A program made the translations under genes and the position numbers. DNA of 25,740 nt from a bacterium. GTDB lineage: Bacteria > Zhuqueibacterota > Zhuqueibacteria > Oceanimicrobiales > Oceanimicrobiaceae. The notes beneath the pieces are model-generated. The model saw nothing but the letters and a program-made list of their open reading frames with translations, was not told the origin of the DNA and did no database searches. Location: contig JBHHXN010000064.1 in assembly GCA_046757025.1 (NCBI GenBank), positions 1 through 25,740 of the forward strand, written 5' to 3'. Of this stretch, positions 9,155 through 17,735 are shown piece by piece. Numbering within the stretch: the first letter of the stretch is position 1; each line of letters starts with the position of its first letter.

Positions 9155-10048
9155 ATGTCCCTTTATTTGGTACTGGCGGTCGGTTTGATTGCCATTTCCT
9201 TTGCTTCGATCCTGATAAAGTTATGCGACGCACCGGCTATGGTCATAGCCTTCTATCGACTGGGCGTGTCTGCGTTGTTTTTTGCAGCCGTTTCCGGCGT
9301 TAAAAAAGGCAATCCCTTTACAAAATTTTCGGGGCAACCAATTTTTCTGGCCCTGGTCTCCGGATTTTTTTTGAGTCTGCATTTTGCCACCTGGATCACT
9401 TCGTTAAAATACACTTCGGTGGCCAACTCGGTGGTGTTGGTCTCCACCTCGCCGGTTTTTGTTGCAGTCGGTTCCGTTTTTTTTTTAAAAGAAAAAATTA
9501 CCCGTCTGCAAATCTTTGGAATCGTACTCACGTTGCTGGGGGCTGGCATTTTGAGTTTGAACGAGCTCGCCCTGGCGCACCGTTCCATTGTTGGAAACGC
9601 GCTGGCGCTCGTGGGGGCTGTGGGAGCCGCAGGCTACTTTTTGGTTGGTCGCAATCTTCGTTCGCAGTTCGACACCCGGACTTATGTGACCGCCGTCTAT
9701 TCCACCGCTGCGGTTCTGCTGTTGATTGTTACTCTCTCGATGCAGTTGCCGCTCACAGGTTACGACCGGAAAATTTATGGGCTTTTCGTCTTGATCGCGG
9801 TGTTACCGCAAATCATCGGGCATACTAGCTTTAATTGGGCTTTGAAATTTGTTTCCGCCACTATGATCTCGATCATCACACTGGGAGAACCCGTGGGTGC
9901 GGTCATTTTAGCTTATTTTCTTTTACAAGAAAAAATTACGGCAAATCAAGCCATTGGCGGTATTTTAATTTTATCCGGAGTAGCGCTGGCCATTCGTGGT
10001 GAATCCCTCCAAAAAACAAAACCGATTCGGGAATCAGCATGGAAGTGA
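9155..10048 (+). CDS. DMT/EamA family transporter
   Basis: About 10 hydrophobic helices in two repeats; IAFYRL, SLKYTSVA, SPVF, GHT.FNWALK and GEPVGA. Confidence 0.92.
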   Translation: MSLYLVLAVGLIAISFASILIKLCDAPAMVIAFYRLGVSALFFAAVSGVKKGNPFTKFSGQPIFLALVSGFFLSLHFATWITSLKYTSVANSVVLVSTSPVFVAVGSVFFLKEKITRLQIFGIVLTLLGAGILSLNELALAHRSIVGNALALVGAVGAAGYFLVGRNLRSQFDTRTYVTAVYSTAAVLLLIVTLSMQLPLTGYDRKIYGLFVLIAVLPQIIGHTSFNWALKFVSATMISIITLGEPVGAVILAYFLLQEKITANQAIGGILILSGVALAIRGESLQKTKPIRESAWK

Positions 10049-10953
10049 TTCTACTAGGCACCAGCGCCGCTTTGCCAACCCGGCTGCGTTGGCCTTCCGC
10101 CACGGCGTTGATAAGAGAGGGAGAAGTGCTTCTTTTCGACTGCGGGGAAGGCGCCCAAATCCAATTTCAAAAAGCCCGATTGAAGCCCGGAAAATTAACC
10201 AGAATTTTCATTTCCCATTTCCACGGCGACCACTTTTATGGTCTGCCAGGTTTGTTAACCTCGCTACAATTAGGGGGACGGGAAAAAAAATTGTACCTTT
10301 ATGGTCCCAAAGGGATTGCTGAATATATCCGATTTATGCAAAAATTATCCCATTTTACGCTCAATTATGAAATCGAGATAGCGGAGGTGCCTGCAGCCAG
10401 GCAACAGAATGTGTGGAAATTGGACGAATACAAAGTGGTTGCCATGCCTCTAAAACACCGCATCTTCACGCTTGGTTTTCGCTTTGAGGAAAAACCCAAA
10501 CCCGGTAAATTCGATGCCATACAAGCAAAAAGGTTAAAAATTCCCTGGGGACCCGTTAGAAATTTATTGAAATCTGGTCAGCAGGTACAACTGCCGGATG
10601 GCCGCAAAATCACACCTTCTCAGGTGGTAGGCCCAAAACAGGCGGGAAAAATCGTGGTGTTTTGTACAGACACGCGGCCCTGTGCGAACGCCGTAAAACT
10701 CGCCAGGAATGCGGATCTGCTCATACACGAAGGAACGTTTGCCGGTGCACGGCAAAAATGGGCGGACAGCACCGGCCACTCCACTGTGCTCGAGGCAGCG
10801 GGAATCGCTCAAAAAGCCGGCGTCAAAGCTCTGGTTCTCACACACATCAGCGCCAGATATGAGGAACGAGATTTTAATCCTCTTCTTAATGAAGCACAAA
10901 AAGTGTTTCCCAACACTTCGTTAGGATACGATTTCATGAAAATACACGTTTGA
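10039..10953 (+). CDS. rnz: Ribonuclease Z
   Basis: LLGTSAALPT..R, FDCGEG, HFHGDH metallo-beta-lactamase motif, exosite PGKFD...GP, TDTRP, HEGT and LTHISARY. Confidence 0.95.
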   Translation: MEVILLGTSAALPTRLRWPSATALIREGEVLLFDCGEGAQIQFQKARLKPGKLTRIFISHFHGDHFYGLPGLLTSLQLGGREKKLYLYGPKGIAEYIRFMQKLSHFTLNYEIEIAEVPAARQQNVWKLDEYKVVAMPLKHRIFTLGFRFEEKPKPGKFDAIQAKRLKIPWGPVRNLLKSGQQVQLPDGRKITPSQVVGPKQAGKIVVFCTDTRPCANAVKLARNADLLIHEGTFAGARQKWADSTGHSTVLEAAGIAQKAGVKALVLTHISARYEERDFNPLLNEAQKVFPNTSLGYDFMKIHV

Positions 10954-10954
10954 G

Positions 10955-11626
10955 ATGCCAGACACCTTATCTAACATCACCTGTGTTTTTTTTGATGCCG
11001 GCAACACATTGGTGTTTCCCGATTACGTCTATTTACAAAATCTCCTGGCAGAAAACGGTGTAAATTGCAACATGGCGGATTTAAAGCGGTATGAGTTTGA
11101 CGCTATTTCCGCAGCTCACCTAGCAGGTGCTCACAAACCGTGGAAGATTTATTTCACCACCTGGTTCCAGCGCGTGGGTGTGAAAAGCAGCCTCATGCCC
11201 GGCCTTTTGCATAAAATCTGGCAGCGGCATCGAAAAAAAAATCTCTGGTGTAATCTGGCAGATGACGCTATGGAAACACTGGCGGTGTTAAAGGCACAAC
11301 ACTTCCGATTAGGCGTCATCTCTAATTCCGACGGAAAACTCGAGAAGCTGCTCAATGAATTAAACCTGGCCTCGTTTTTCGAAACCATTGTGGATTCGGA
11401 AGTGGTTGGTTCACGCAAACCGCACGCGGACATTTTCAATCTGGCCTTGTCTCGTTTGAACGCCCAACCGGAGTCCGCTTTGTTTGTAGGAGATTCTTAC
11501 GAAACAGATGTGCTCGGCGCCCGGAATTGCGGCATGCCGGCCATATTATTAGACGCGGAAAAACGTTACCGTATAATAGACTGTGAAAAAATAACCCAGC
11601 TTAAACAGCTCTTAAAATTACTCTAA
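10955..11626 (+). CDS. HAD-IA family hydrolase
   Basis: FFDAGNTL (motif I variant), ISN, RKP...IF and VGDS..TDV.GA. Confidence 0.9.
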   Translation: MPDTLSNITCVFFDAGNTLVFPDYVYLQNLLAENGVNCNMADLKRYEFDAISAAHLAGAHKPWKIYFTTWFQRVGVKSSLMPGLLHKIWQRHRKKNLWCNLADDAMETLAVLKAQHFRLGVISNSDGKLEKLLNELNLASFFETIVDSEVVGSRKPHADIFNLALSRLNAQPESALFVGDSYETDVLGARNCGMPAILLDAEKRYRIIDCEKITQLKQLLKLL

Positions 11627-11671
11627 ATAAATCACCAGAAACCGAAACAAATCAACTGAGAGGCAAACATC

Positions 11672-11899
11672 ATGGATCGGTTTGTTGAATTTGAAGAAGA
11701 GGTAGCTATAGCGGATTTAAAAAATGTTCTGGAAAAACACAATCCAGGAATTATGATTCTCAGGTTTTCAAAGCTAACCGGCGCATTAAAAATTCGAACC
11801 AACGGTAACCTGAATAAACGAGAAATCAAACGGGCATTCTTGCCCTACAAAGTCCGAAAAATCTATGACGATTTTCCATTAAAGGAAATTAATAATTAA
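11672..11899 (+). CDS. Small hypothetical protein (75 aa)
   Basis: ATG with GAGAGG SD, co-directional with the upstream operon, amphipathic globular-looking sequence. No family recognised. Confidence 0.65.
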   Translation: MDRFVEFEEEVAIADLKNVLEKHNPGIMILRFSKLTGALKIRTNGNLNKREIKRAFLPYKVRKIYDDFPLKEINN

Positions 11900-11985
11900 C
11901 AGCACACAGATTTTTATTTAAATCACCAATTCAAAAGGCTTTTTACTTGACTTTCGAGAGATATTTTAATATTTTTTTGTCCTTA

Positions 11986-12145
11986 TTAGCGCCTGAACGA
12001 AATCGACCCTTTCTTCCCCAAAGCCTCCAGGCCGAGGTGAATTCCTGCTTGGCACGGTGAGGCCGGCCCTGAGCTTGGTCGAAGGAACACCTTCGCGAAG
12101 AGAGTTTTAATTGCACATTTCTCGAATTTTCGTTCGAACACCAAT
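11986..12145. mobile_element. MITE-like element family B, copy 2 (one REP-like unit)
   Basis: TTAGCGCCTGAACGAAAT ... ATTTTCGTTCGAACACCAAT. Shares internal blocks with 5155-5338 (gcctcc.ggccgag, gtgaattcctgc, cctgagctt.gtcgaaggaac.ccttc.cgaag, ttctcga.ttttcgttc). Confidence 0.75.
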
Positions 12146-12320
12146 TATTGAAATGGAGAGCCGTTCTAAAGCCTTGATTTTTGGAATTGCTGTTCAAAAG
12201 TACGACGCTTCGTTCGCCGAACGGATTGAAATTAGTGGATTGTTCTGATATTTTTCGCAAAAATAATATAGACAAAACGTTTCAGAATCAAGCAGATTGA
12301 TTCTTAGTTTGGAGAAAGTA

Positions 12321-13346
12321 ATGAAATCCTACTTTCTGGTGCAGCCTGGGTGTATTGAATTGCGGGAAGTGCCGACACCGAAACCAGAGCTTGGAGAACT
12401 GATCATCAAAGTGGAAGTCGCACTGACATGCGGCACAGATTTGAAAGCTTTTCGACGCGGCCATCCCAAAATGCCCATGCCAACACCATTTGGACACGAA
12501 TTTTCGGGCACCATAGTGGATGCAGGTGCCAGCGCCAACGGCTACTCCGAGGGCGACGCGGTGATGGGCGTTCCCACCGCGCCCTGCGGAGACTGCTACT
12601 TCTGCCGAAGAAATCAACAAAATTTGTGTTCGGACACCATGAAAAATATGGTACTGGGCGCCTATTCTGAATTCATCAAAATACCTCGTCAAATCGTGGA
12701 AAACAATTTGTTTCACAAGCCGGATTTTCTTTCGTACGAATCCGCCGCCATCATCGAACCGCTGGCTTGTGTGGTGCACGGAATGGAACCGCACACCATC
12801 CGCGAAGATGACACGGTTCTGATAATCGGGGCTGGCGGCATCGGTATGATGCACATTCTTTTGGCCCGAGAAAAAGGCGCAGGTAACATCCTGATTGCCG
12901 GTAAACACGCCGGACGTCTGGCGCTTGCCAAGGAACTGGGCGCGAATTTTACCATCGACGCCTCCGAAGAAAACAACCGCGAATGGGTGCGGGAGTTAAC
13001 CCGGGGGGTTGGCGCCAACTGGGTCTTCGAATGCACCGGCCGGCCAGCAGTTTGGGAACAGGCCGTGACCATGGCTGCCCGAGGCGGCACCGTGGTTTTG
13101 TTCGGTGGCTGCCCGACGGGTACGGAAGTCACATTTGACACCGCCCGCCTGCACTACGATGAAATCTCGCTGGTTGGGTCATTTCACTTCACACCCCAGG
13201 ATGTGGCAAAAGCTTATCAATTGTTAGTGGAAAAACGTTTGGATGTTCAGAAACTCATCACAGACAATTATCCCCTATCAGACCTTGAGCGCGCGTTTGA
13301 TCTGCTCATCCATGGAAAAGGAATAAAGTTTGCCATCCAGCCTTGA
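12321..13346 (+). CDS. Zn-dependent medium-chain dehydrogenase (sorbitol/threonine DH-like) A
   Basis: CGTD, GHE, structural Zn CGDCYFC..C, EPLAC and GAGGIG. ATG at 12321 follows GGAG. Confidence 0.92.
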   Translation: MKSYFLVQPGCIELREVPTPKPELGELIIKVEVALTCGTDLKAFRRGHPKMPMPTPFGHEFSGTIVDAGASANGYSEGDAVMGVPTAPCGDCYFCRRNQQNLCSDTMKNMVLGAYSEFIKIPRQIVENNLFHKPDFLSYESAAIIEPLACVVHGMEPHTIREDDTVLIIGAGGIGMMHILLAREKGAGNILIAGKHAGRLALAKELGANFTIDASEENNREWVRELTRGVGANWVFECTGRPAVWEQAVTMAARGGTVVLFGGCPTGTEVTFDTARLHYDEISLVGSFHFTPQDVAKAYQLLVEKRLDVQKLITDNYPLSDLERAFDLLIHGKGIKFAIQP

Positions 13347-13383
13347 AATTAATTCTGTTTTTTTTAACGTGAATTCTGCTGAA

Positions 13384-14460
13384 ATGAACAAATCGTCTCT
13401 TTATGAGAGGCAAAAATCCTCTGGCGCTGAGCTTGATTCGTTTTATGGATACCCTCTGCCCGGGAGCCACGGCAATGTCGCAGCAGAATACACAGCGGTT
13501 AAAAAGCAAATTGCAATCATGCACTGCCCTTACCTGAGCATGTTGAAAATCTCAGGTCCGGACCATCTGGACCTTTTGCACCGCATGACCACCAACGAAG
13601 TCCGTCATCTCAAAAGCGGTGAAGGTCAAATAAACTTGTTCACAAATGAAAAAGGGCGCCTGATCGACCGGGTGCTGCTGCACAAGGAACCGGATTTCGT
13701 GAGACTCTTTACCAGCCCGGCACACGCAGACCAAGTCAAAGCCTGGATTGAAAAATTCATTTTCATTGAAAATGTCAAAGTAGAGGATTTAACTCCCCAA
13801 TTTGAATCAATAAAATTGCTCGGCCCGCAAGGCCCGCTTTTTTTAAGTCAGCTATTTGCAAGCGATTTTAACGCTTTGCCACAAGCTTGCTTTAAAACGG
13901 TAACGTTTTTTAATGAGGAATTGCTCTTTACACGCCTGGACAATCTGAGGATTCCGGCCTTCTCCGTGGTTGTGAAAAAAGAAATCATCCCGCGTTTGTG
14001 GGATTTTTTCCTGGAGCATGGCCAAAAAACGGAACTGAAACCGTTGGGCGAGACGGTTCATGAAATCCTAAGAATTGAAGCGGGTTGGCCAATTTTAAAC
14101 AAAGATTTCGATGATCAAGTAAATCCCCATGAAGCGCGCATGCTAACTTACGTCGATTTTAACAAAGGATGCTACATCGGACAGGAAGTCATCGCCCGGC
14201 TGGACACCTATGAAAAGGTGAAAAAATATCTCATGGGCGTAATTTGGGACGGCGATTCCGTTCCGAAATCGCAAACCCCCATTTGCCACGGCGACGAAGA
14301 AATTGGTCACCTGACCAGCGCTGCCTTTTCACCGGCGCGGCAAAAAACCGTCGCCCTAGGCTACATAAGTTCAAAATTTCTCGAAACAGAGGGGGATGTG
14401 CAAATTAAAACCGACGACCAACTCATTACCGGCCGGCTGATTAAACCGCCTATCGTCTAA
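13384..14460 (+). CDS. YgfZ/GcvT-family folate-binding protein
   Basis: Signature KGCYIGQEVIAR, LRIEAG and a GcvT-like N-terminus. The start is uncertain (ATG 13384 chosen). Confidence 0.88.
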   Translation: MNKSSLYERQKSSGAELDSFYGYPLPGSHGNVAAEYTAVKKQIAIMHCPYLSMLKISGPDHLDLLHRMTTNEVRHLKSGEGQINLFTNEKGRLIDRVLLHKEPDFVRLFTSPAHADQVKAWIEKFIFIENVKVEDLTPQFESIKLLGPQGPLFLSQLFASDFNALPQACFKTVTFFNEELLFTRLDNLRIPAFSVVVKKEIIPRLWDFFLEHGQKTELKPLGETVHEILRIEAGWPILNKDFDDQVNPHEARMLTYVDFNKGCYIGQEVIARLDTYEKVKKYLMGVIWDGDSVPKSQTPICHGDEEIGHLTSAAFSPARQKTVALGYISSKFLETEGDVQIKTDDQLITGRLIKPPIV

Positions 14461-14472
14461 AATGTTGAATCT

Positions 14473-15501
14473 ATGAAAGCGGCAAAACTATACCAATTAA
14501 GCGACATTCGAATAGAAGAAATCCCAGTACCTGAAATCGGGGAAAACGAAGCGCTGGTGCGCATGAAAGCGTGCGGAATCTGCGGCAGCGACACGATGGA
14601 GTGGTACGTTAGCAAAAAAGCGCCGTTTATTTTGGGGCATGAACCCACCGGCGTCATCGAAAAAGTTGGGGGAAACGTACACAATTTTAAAGCAGGTGAT
14701 CGGGTGTTTGTGCACCACCACGCACCGTGCTTTGAATGCAAATTCTGCTTAAAAAAACAGTACTCGCTCTGCAAAACCTGGAAAGCTTCAAGAATCGATC
14801 CCGGCGGCATGGCCGAATATTTTTGCGTACCCATGACCAATTTGCAGGGCGACACGTTTAAATTGCCGGCATCCCTCTCTTTTGAGGACGGCGCCTTGAT
14901 CGAACCCACCGCCTGTGTGGTGAAATCATTTCGGCGTGCCGGTTTACAACAGCAGGACCGCCTACTGATCATCGGCCTGGGTGTGATGGGGCAGACTCAC
15001 ATCCTACTGGCCAAACATTTTGGTGTAGAGCAAATAATCGCGGCCGACCGGGTTCCCTACCGATTAAAGCAAGCTCAGGAATTCGGGGCCGATGCCGTGG
15101 TGAACGTGGCAACAGAAAATCTCGCCGACCGAGTTAAGCAGCTCACCAAAGGCCAATTCGCCGATGTGGTGATCGTGGGACCCGACAACACCGCCGCCAT
15201 GCAGACCGGCATAAGCTGTGTAGGTAAGGGGGGAACGGTGCTTTTTTTCACCCCCGCTCCGGAAAACGAAATGCTCAGCATTCATCCTTATCATCTCTAT
15301 TTTAACGAGATAAATTTGATCAGCAGCTATTCCTGCGGACCCGACGATACCCGTGAAGCGTTTCAACTAATAAAGCAGGGCGTGATAACAGCTAAAAAGT
15401 TGGTGACCCATACCTTTCCTCTTAAAAAAATTGAACAAGCGGTGGCTGTCATGCTGCGGGCACAAGATTCCTTGAAAATATTGATTGTGAATGAACGATG
15501 A
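14473..15501 (+). CDS. Zn-dependent medium-chain dehydrogenase B
   Basis: CGICGSD, LGHEP, CFECKFC..C, EPTAC, GLGVMG and AAD. Confidence 0.92.
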   Translation: MKAAKLYQLSDIRIEEIPVPEIGENEALVRMKACGICGSDTMEWYVSKKAPFILGHEPTGVIEKVGGNVHNFKAGDRVFVHHHAPCFECKFCLKKQYSLCKTWKASRIDPGGMAEYFCVPMTNLQGDTFKLPASLSFEDGALIEPTACVVKSFRRAGLQQQDRLLIIGLGVMGQTHILLAKHFGVEQIIAADRVPYRLKQAQEFGADAVVNVATENLADRVKQLTKGQFADVVIVGPDNTAAMQTGISCVGKGGTVLFFTPAPENEMLSIHPYHLYFNEINLISSYSCGPDDTREAFQLIKQGVITAKKLVTHTFPLKKIEQAVAVMLRAQDSLKILIVNER

Positions 15502-15869
15502 GTGCGATTCATAAATTTAAAAACCGGGACGGCGGATTTTGTTGGGACGGTGTAGAAATTCAACACTATTCCACCGAACAAGCTGCAAAGGTCACAAAAC
15601 AGGTTTTAATTGGAGCTCGCGACGGCGCCGGCAATTTTGAAATGCGTTACTTTGAGTTAGTCCCACAAAGCCGCACTTCTCTGGACCAGCATGAACACGA
15701 TCATGGGGTCATGGTGGTGCGCGGCCGTGGCAAAGTGCGGATAAACGAACAACAATCTGAAATTGAATACGGAGATGTGGTTTATATTTCTGCTAACGAC
15801 CTGCATCAATTTGCAAACGATTCCGAAGAACCCTTTGGATTTATCTGTATTATTCCACCCAAAAGTTAA
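15498..15869 (+). CDS. Cupin-2 domain protein
   Basis: MRYFEL, HEHDH..(V)RGRG and GDVVYI...HQF metal motifs. ATGA overlap with the upstream dehydrogenase. Confidence 0.9.
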   Translation: MSAIHKFKNRDGGFCWDGVEIQHYSTEQAAKVTKQVLIGARDGAGNFEMRYFELVPQSRTSLDQHEHDHGVMVVRGRGKVRINEQQSEIEYGDVVYISANDLHQFANDSEEPFGFICIIPPKS

Positions 15870-15884
15870 CGAAAAAAGGAGAAA

Positions 15885-17117
15885 ATGGCTTTAGACTACC
15901 CCAAAATTCGCTACGTTGACGTCATTCCGATTGAAACCCACAAAGGACAAATGATCGGACTGCGTGACCCTATTGGCGTCGCCCCTGAAATGTTGCTGAT
16001 TTCGCCGGATATTTTTTATCTACTGCGGTTTTTTGATGGAAACCACTCCAAACTGGATTTGCGCTACAAATACATGCAAGCATTCGGCCAGTTTCTTTAT
16101 GAAGAACAATTGTCGCACATTCTTACCAATTTAAACACAAACTTTTTTTTAGAAAACGAAAACTATCACAACCGGCTGGCAGCGATTGAGAATGAATTTA
16201 AAGAGCAGCCCATCCGGCCGGCATTCCACGCGGGTCAGTGTTATGAAGCCAACCCCACGAAGCTCAAACAACAGATCGATGCCTTTTTCAGCAGTCCAGA
16301 AGGCGCTGGCTATCCACGCCAGAATGTGAAAAAATGCCCTATCAAGGGGTTGATCGCACCGCACATCGATTTGCGAGCCGGCGGCGCCTGCTACTCATAC
16401 GCGTACAAATCGCTGGCCGAATCCGACGGCGCCGAGTGTTTTGTCATTTTAGGCACGGGTCATTCGGGCTTGCACAATTTATATTCCACGTTGGCAAAAG
16501 ACTTTGAAACGCCTTTTGGCCGTGCCAGGTGCGATTTTGAACTTATTGATTTATTGAAAACGAACTACAGCGGCGACGCCAACTCGGAGATACTCGCGCA
16601 TAAATCCGAACACACCATTGAATTCCAGCTGGTTTTTCTGCAGCATCTTTATCAAGAAAAAAACGATTTTACATTTGTACCGATTTTGTGTTCGTTTTCC
16701 TACCACATGTTAAATCGGGAGCAATTTCCACAAGAGCGCAAAATCATCGATGATTTTATTTCGGCTTTAAAAAAGACCATCAAGCAAATCGGTAAAAAAG
16801 TCTGTTTGATTGCCAGTGTGGATTTGTCGCACGTGGGACCTCGCTATGGAGATCGCGAGAAACCGGATCAGGCCTTCATGCAGCGGGTCACCAAAGTCGA
16901 TCAGGAAATACTCAAAACGATTGAAAGGCTCGACAGTGTGGGGTTTCACCAAACCATCGAAAAGCAAGAGGACCGTTTTCGAGTGTGCGGCTATTCTTCC
17001 ATTTACACGTTGCTGAATGTTATCGACGCCGAAAAAGGGCGATTGCTGAATTACTCCAAAACCGAAGTCGATGCACAACATTCGACGGTTACTTTTGCCA
17101 GCATGGATTTCAAGTGA
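15885..17117 (+). CDS. amrB: MEMO1/AmmeMemoRadiSam protein B (long form with ~105-aa N-terminal extension)
   Basis: RPAFHAG..Y, IAPHID, ILGTGH, FETPFG, EHTIEFQL, ASVDLSHVG and VCG. SD AAGGAG. Confidence 0.88.
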   Translation: MALDYPKIRYVDVIPIETHKGQMIGLRDPIGVAPEMLLISPDIFYLLRFFDGNHSKLDLRYKYMQAFGQFLYEEQLSHILTNLNTNFFLENENYHNRLAAIENEFKEQPIRPAFHAGQCYEANPTKLKQQIDAFFSSPEGAGYPRQNVKKCPIKGLIAPHIDLRAGGACYSYAYKSLAESDGAECFVILGTGHSGLHNLYSTLAKDFETPFGRARCDFELIDLLKTNYSGDANSEILAHKSEHTIEFQLVFLQHLYQEKNDFTFVPILCSFSYHMLNREQFPQERKIIDDFISALKKTIKQIGKKVCLIASVDLSHVGPRYGDREKPDQAFMQRVTKVDQEILKTIERLDSVGFHQTIEKQEDRFRVCGYSSIYTLLNVIDAEKGRLLNYSKTEVDAQHSTVTFASMDFK

Positions 17118-17144
17118 TCATTTGATTTACACAAAGGCCAGTTT

Positions 17145-17525
17145 ATGAAAAGCCAATCCCAACAAACCGCTGCCGAATTGAGCGAATTTTTCCCGGAGGC
17201 CTACCTCAAAAAAGCGGTGAAAGTGCTGAAATTGATCAGTGAGGAGAGTAAACTCCGCATCATGCTGCTTCTGGCAAAAGGCGGGCCCTGCCGGGTAACC
17301 GAAATTGCGGAGGTGCTGAATATCAATCAGACCACCATCAGTCACCATCTTTCGCTTTTACGCAATGCGGAGCTGGTCACCAGCAACCGCGAGGGTAAAA
17401 ACATTTTCTACGATATCAACGATACCCTCTGGCGCGAGATGGGCAAACAGTTTTTTAATTATCTTCAAAAAGGCAACGACATTCATTTTCTGGGGAAATT
17501 CGTGTTGAAGCGGTTGGGTAAGTGA
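17145..17525 (+). CDS. ArsR/SmtB family transcriptional regulator
   Basis: KLRIMLLL...CRVTEIAEVL...QTTISHHLSLLRNAELV...REGK..FY. Confidence 0.9.
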   Translation: MKSQSQQTAAELSEFFPEAYLKKAVKVLKLISEESKLRIMLLLAKGGPCRVTEIAEVLNINQTTISHHLSLLRNAELVTSNREGKNIFYDINDTLWREMGKQFFNYLQKGNDIHFLGKFVLKRLGK

Positions 17526-17546
17526 AACGCTGTGTTCAAATTTTTC

Positions 17547-17723
17547 TCACTCCTTTCGATAAAACTTCAGCAAAAAATCTGCGTCTTTGGGCGATAAATC
17601 AAACCGTGTAATCGCTTCATTTACAAATTTAAAGACATTTTCATCCGGCTGCTGTTGAATTTGCTCTGAAATCCATTTGACCGCTTTTCGAATGGATTCA
17701 CCCGGGGGGAGGATCGTTGTCAT
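17547..17723 (-). CDS. Small conserved-looking hypothetical protein (~58 aa)
   Basis: MTTILPPGESIRKAVKWISE...RFDLSPKDADFL, directly downstream of homoaconitase; helical pattern. Alternative start at 17735. Confidence 0.7.
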   Translation of the reverse strand: MTTILPPGESIRKAVKWISEQIQQQPDENVFKFVNEAITRFDLSPKDADFLLKFYRKE

Positions 17724-17735
17724 GGCAACTCGCAT

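Noticed and set aside
13384..14460. Glycine cleavage T protein (gcvT)
   Set aside because: It has the YgfZ KGCYxGQE signature, and no gcvH/gcvP is nearby.
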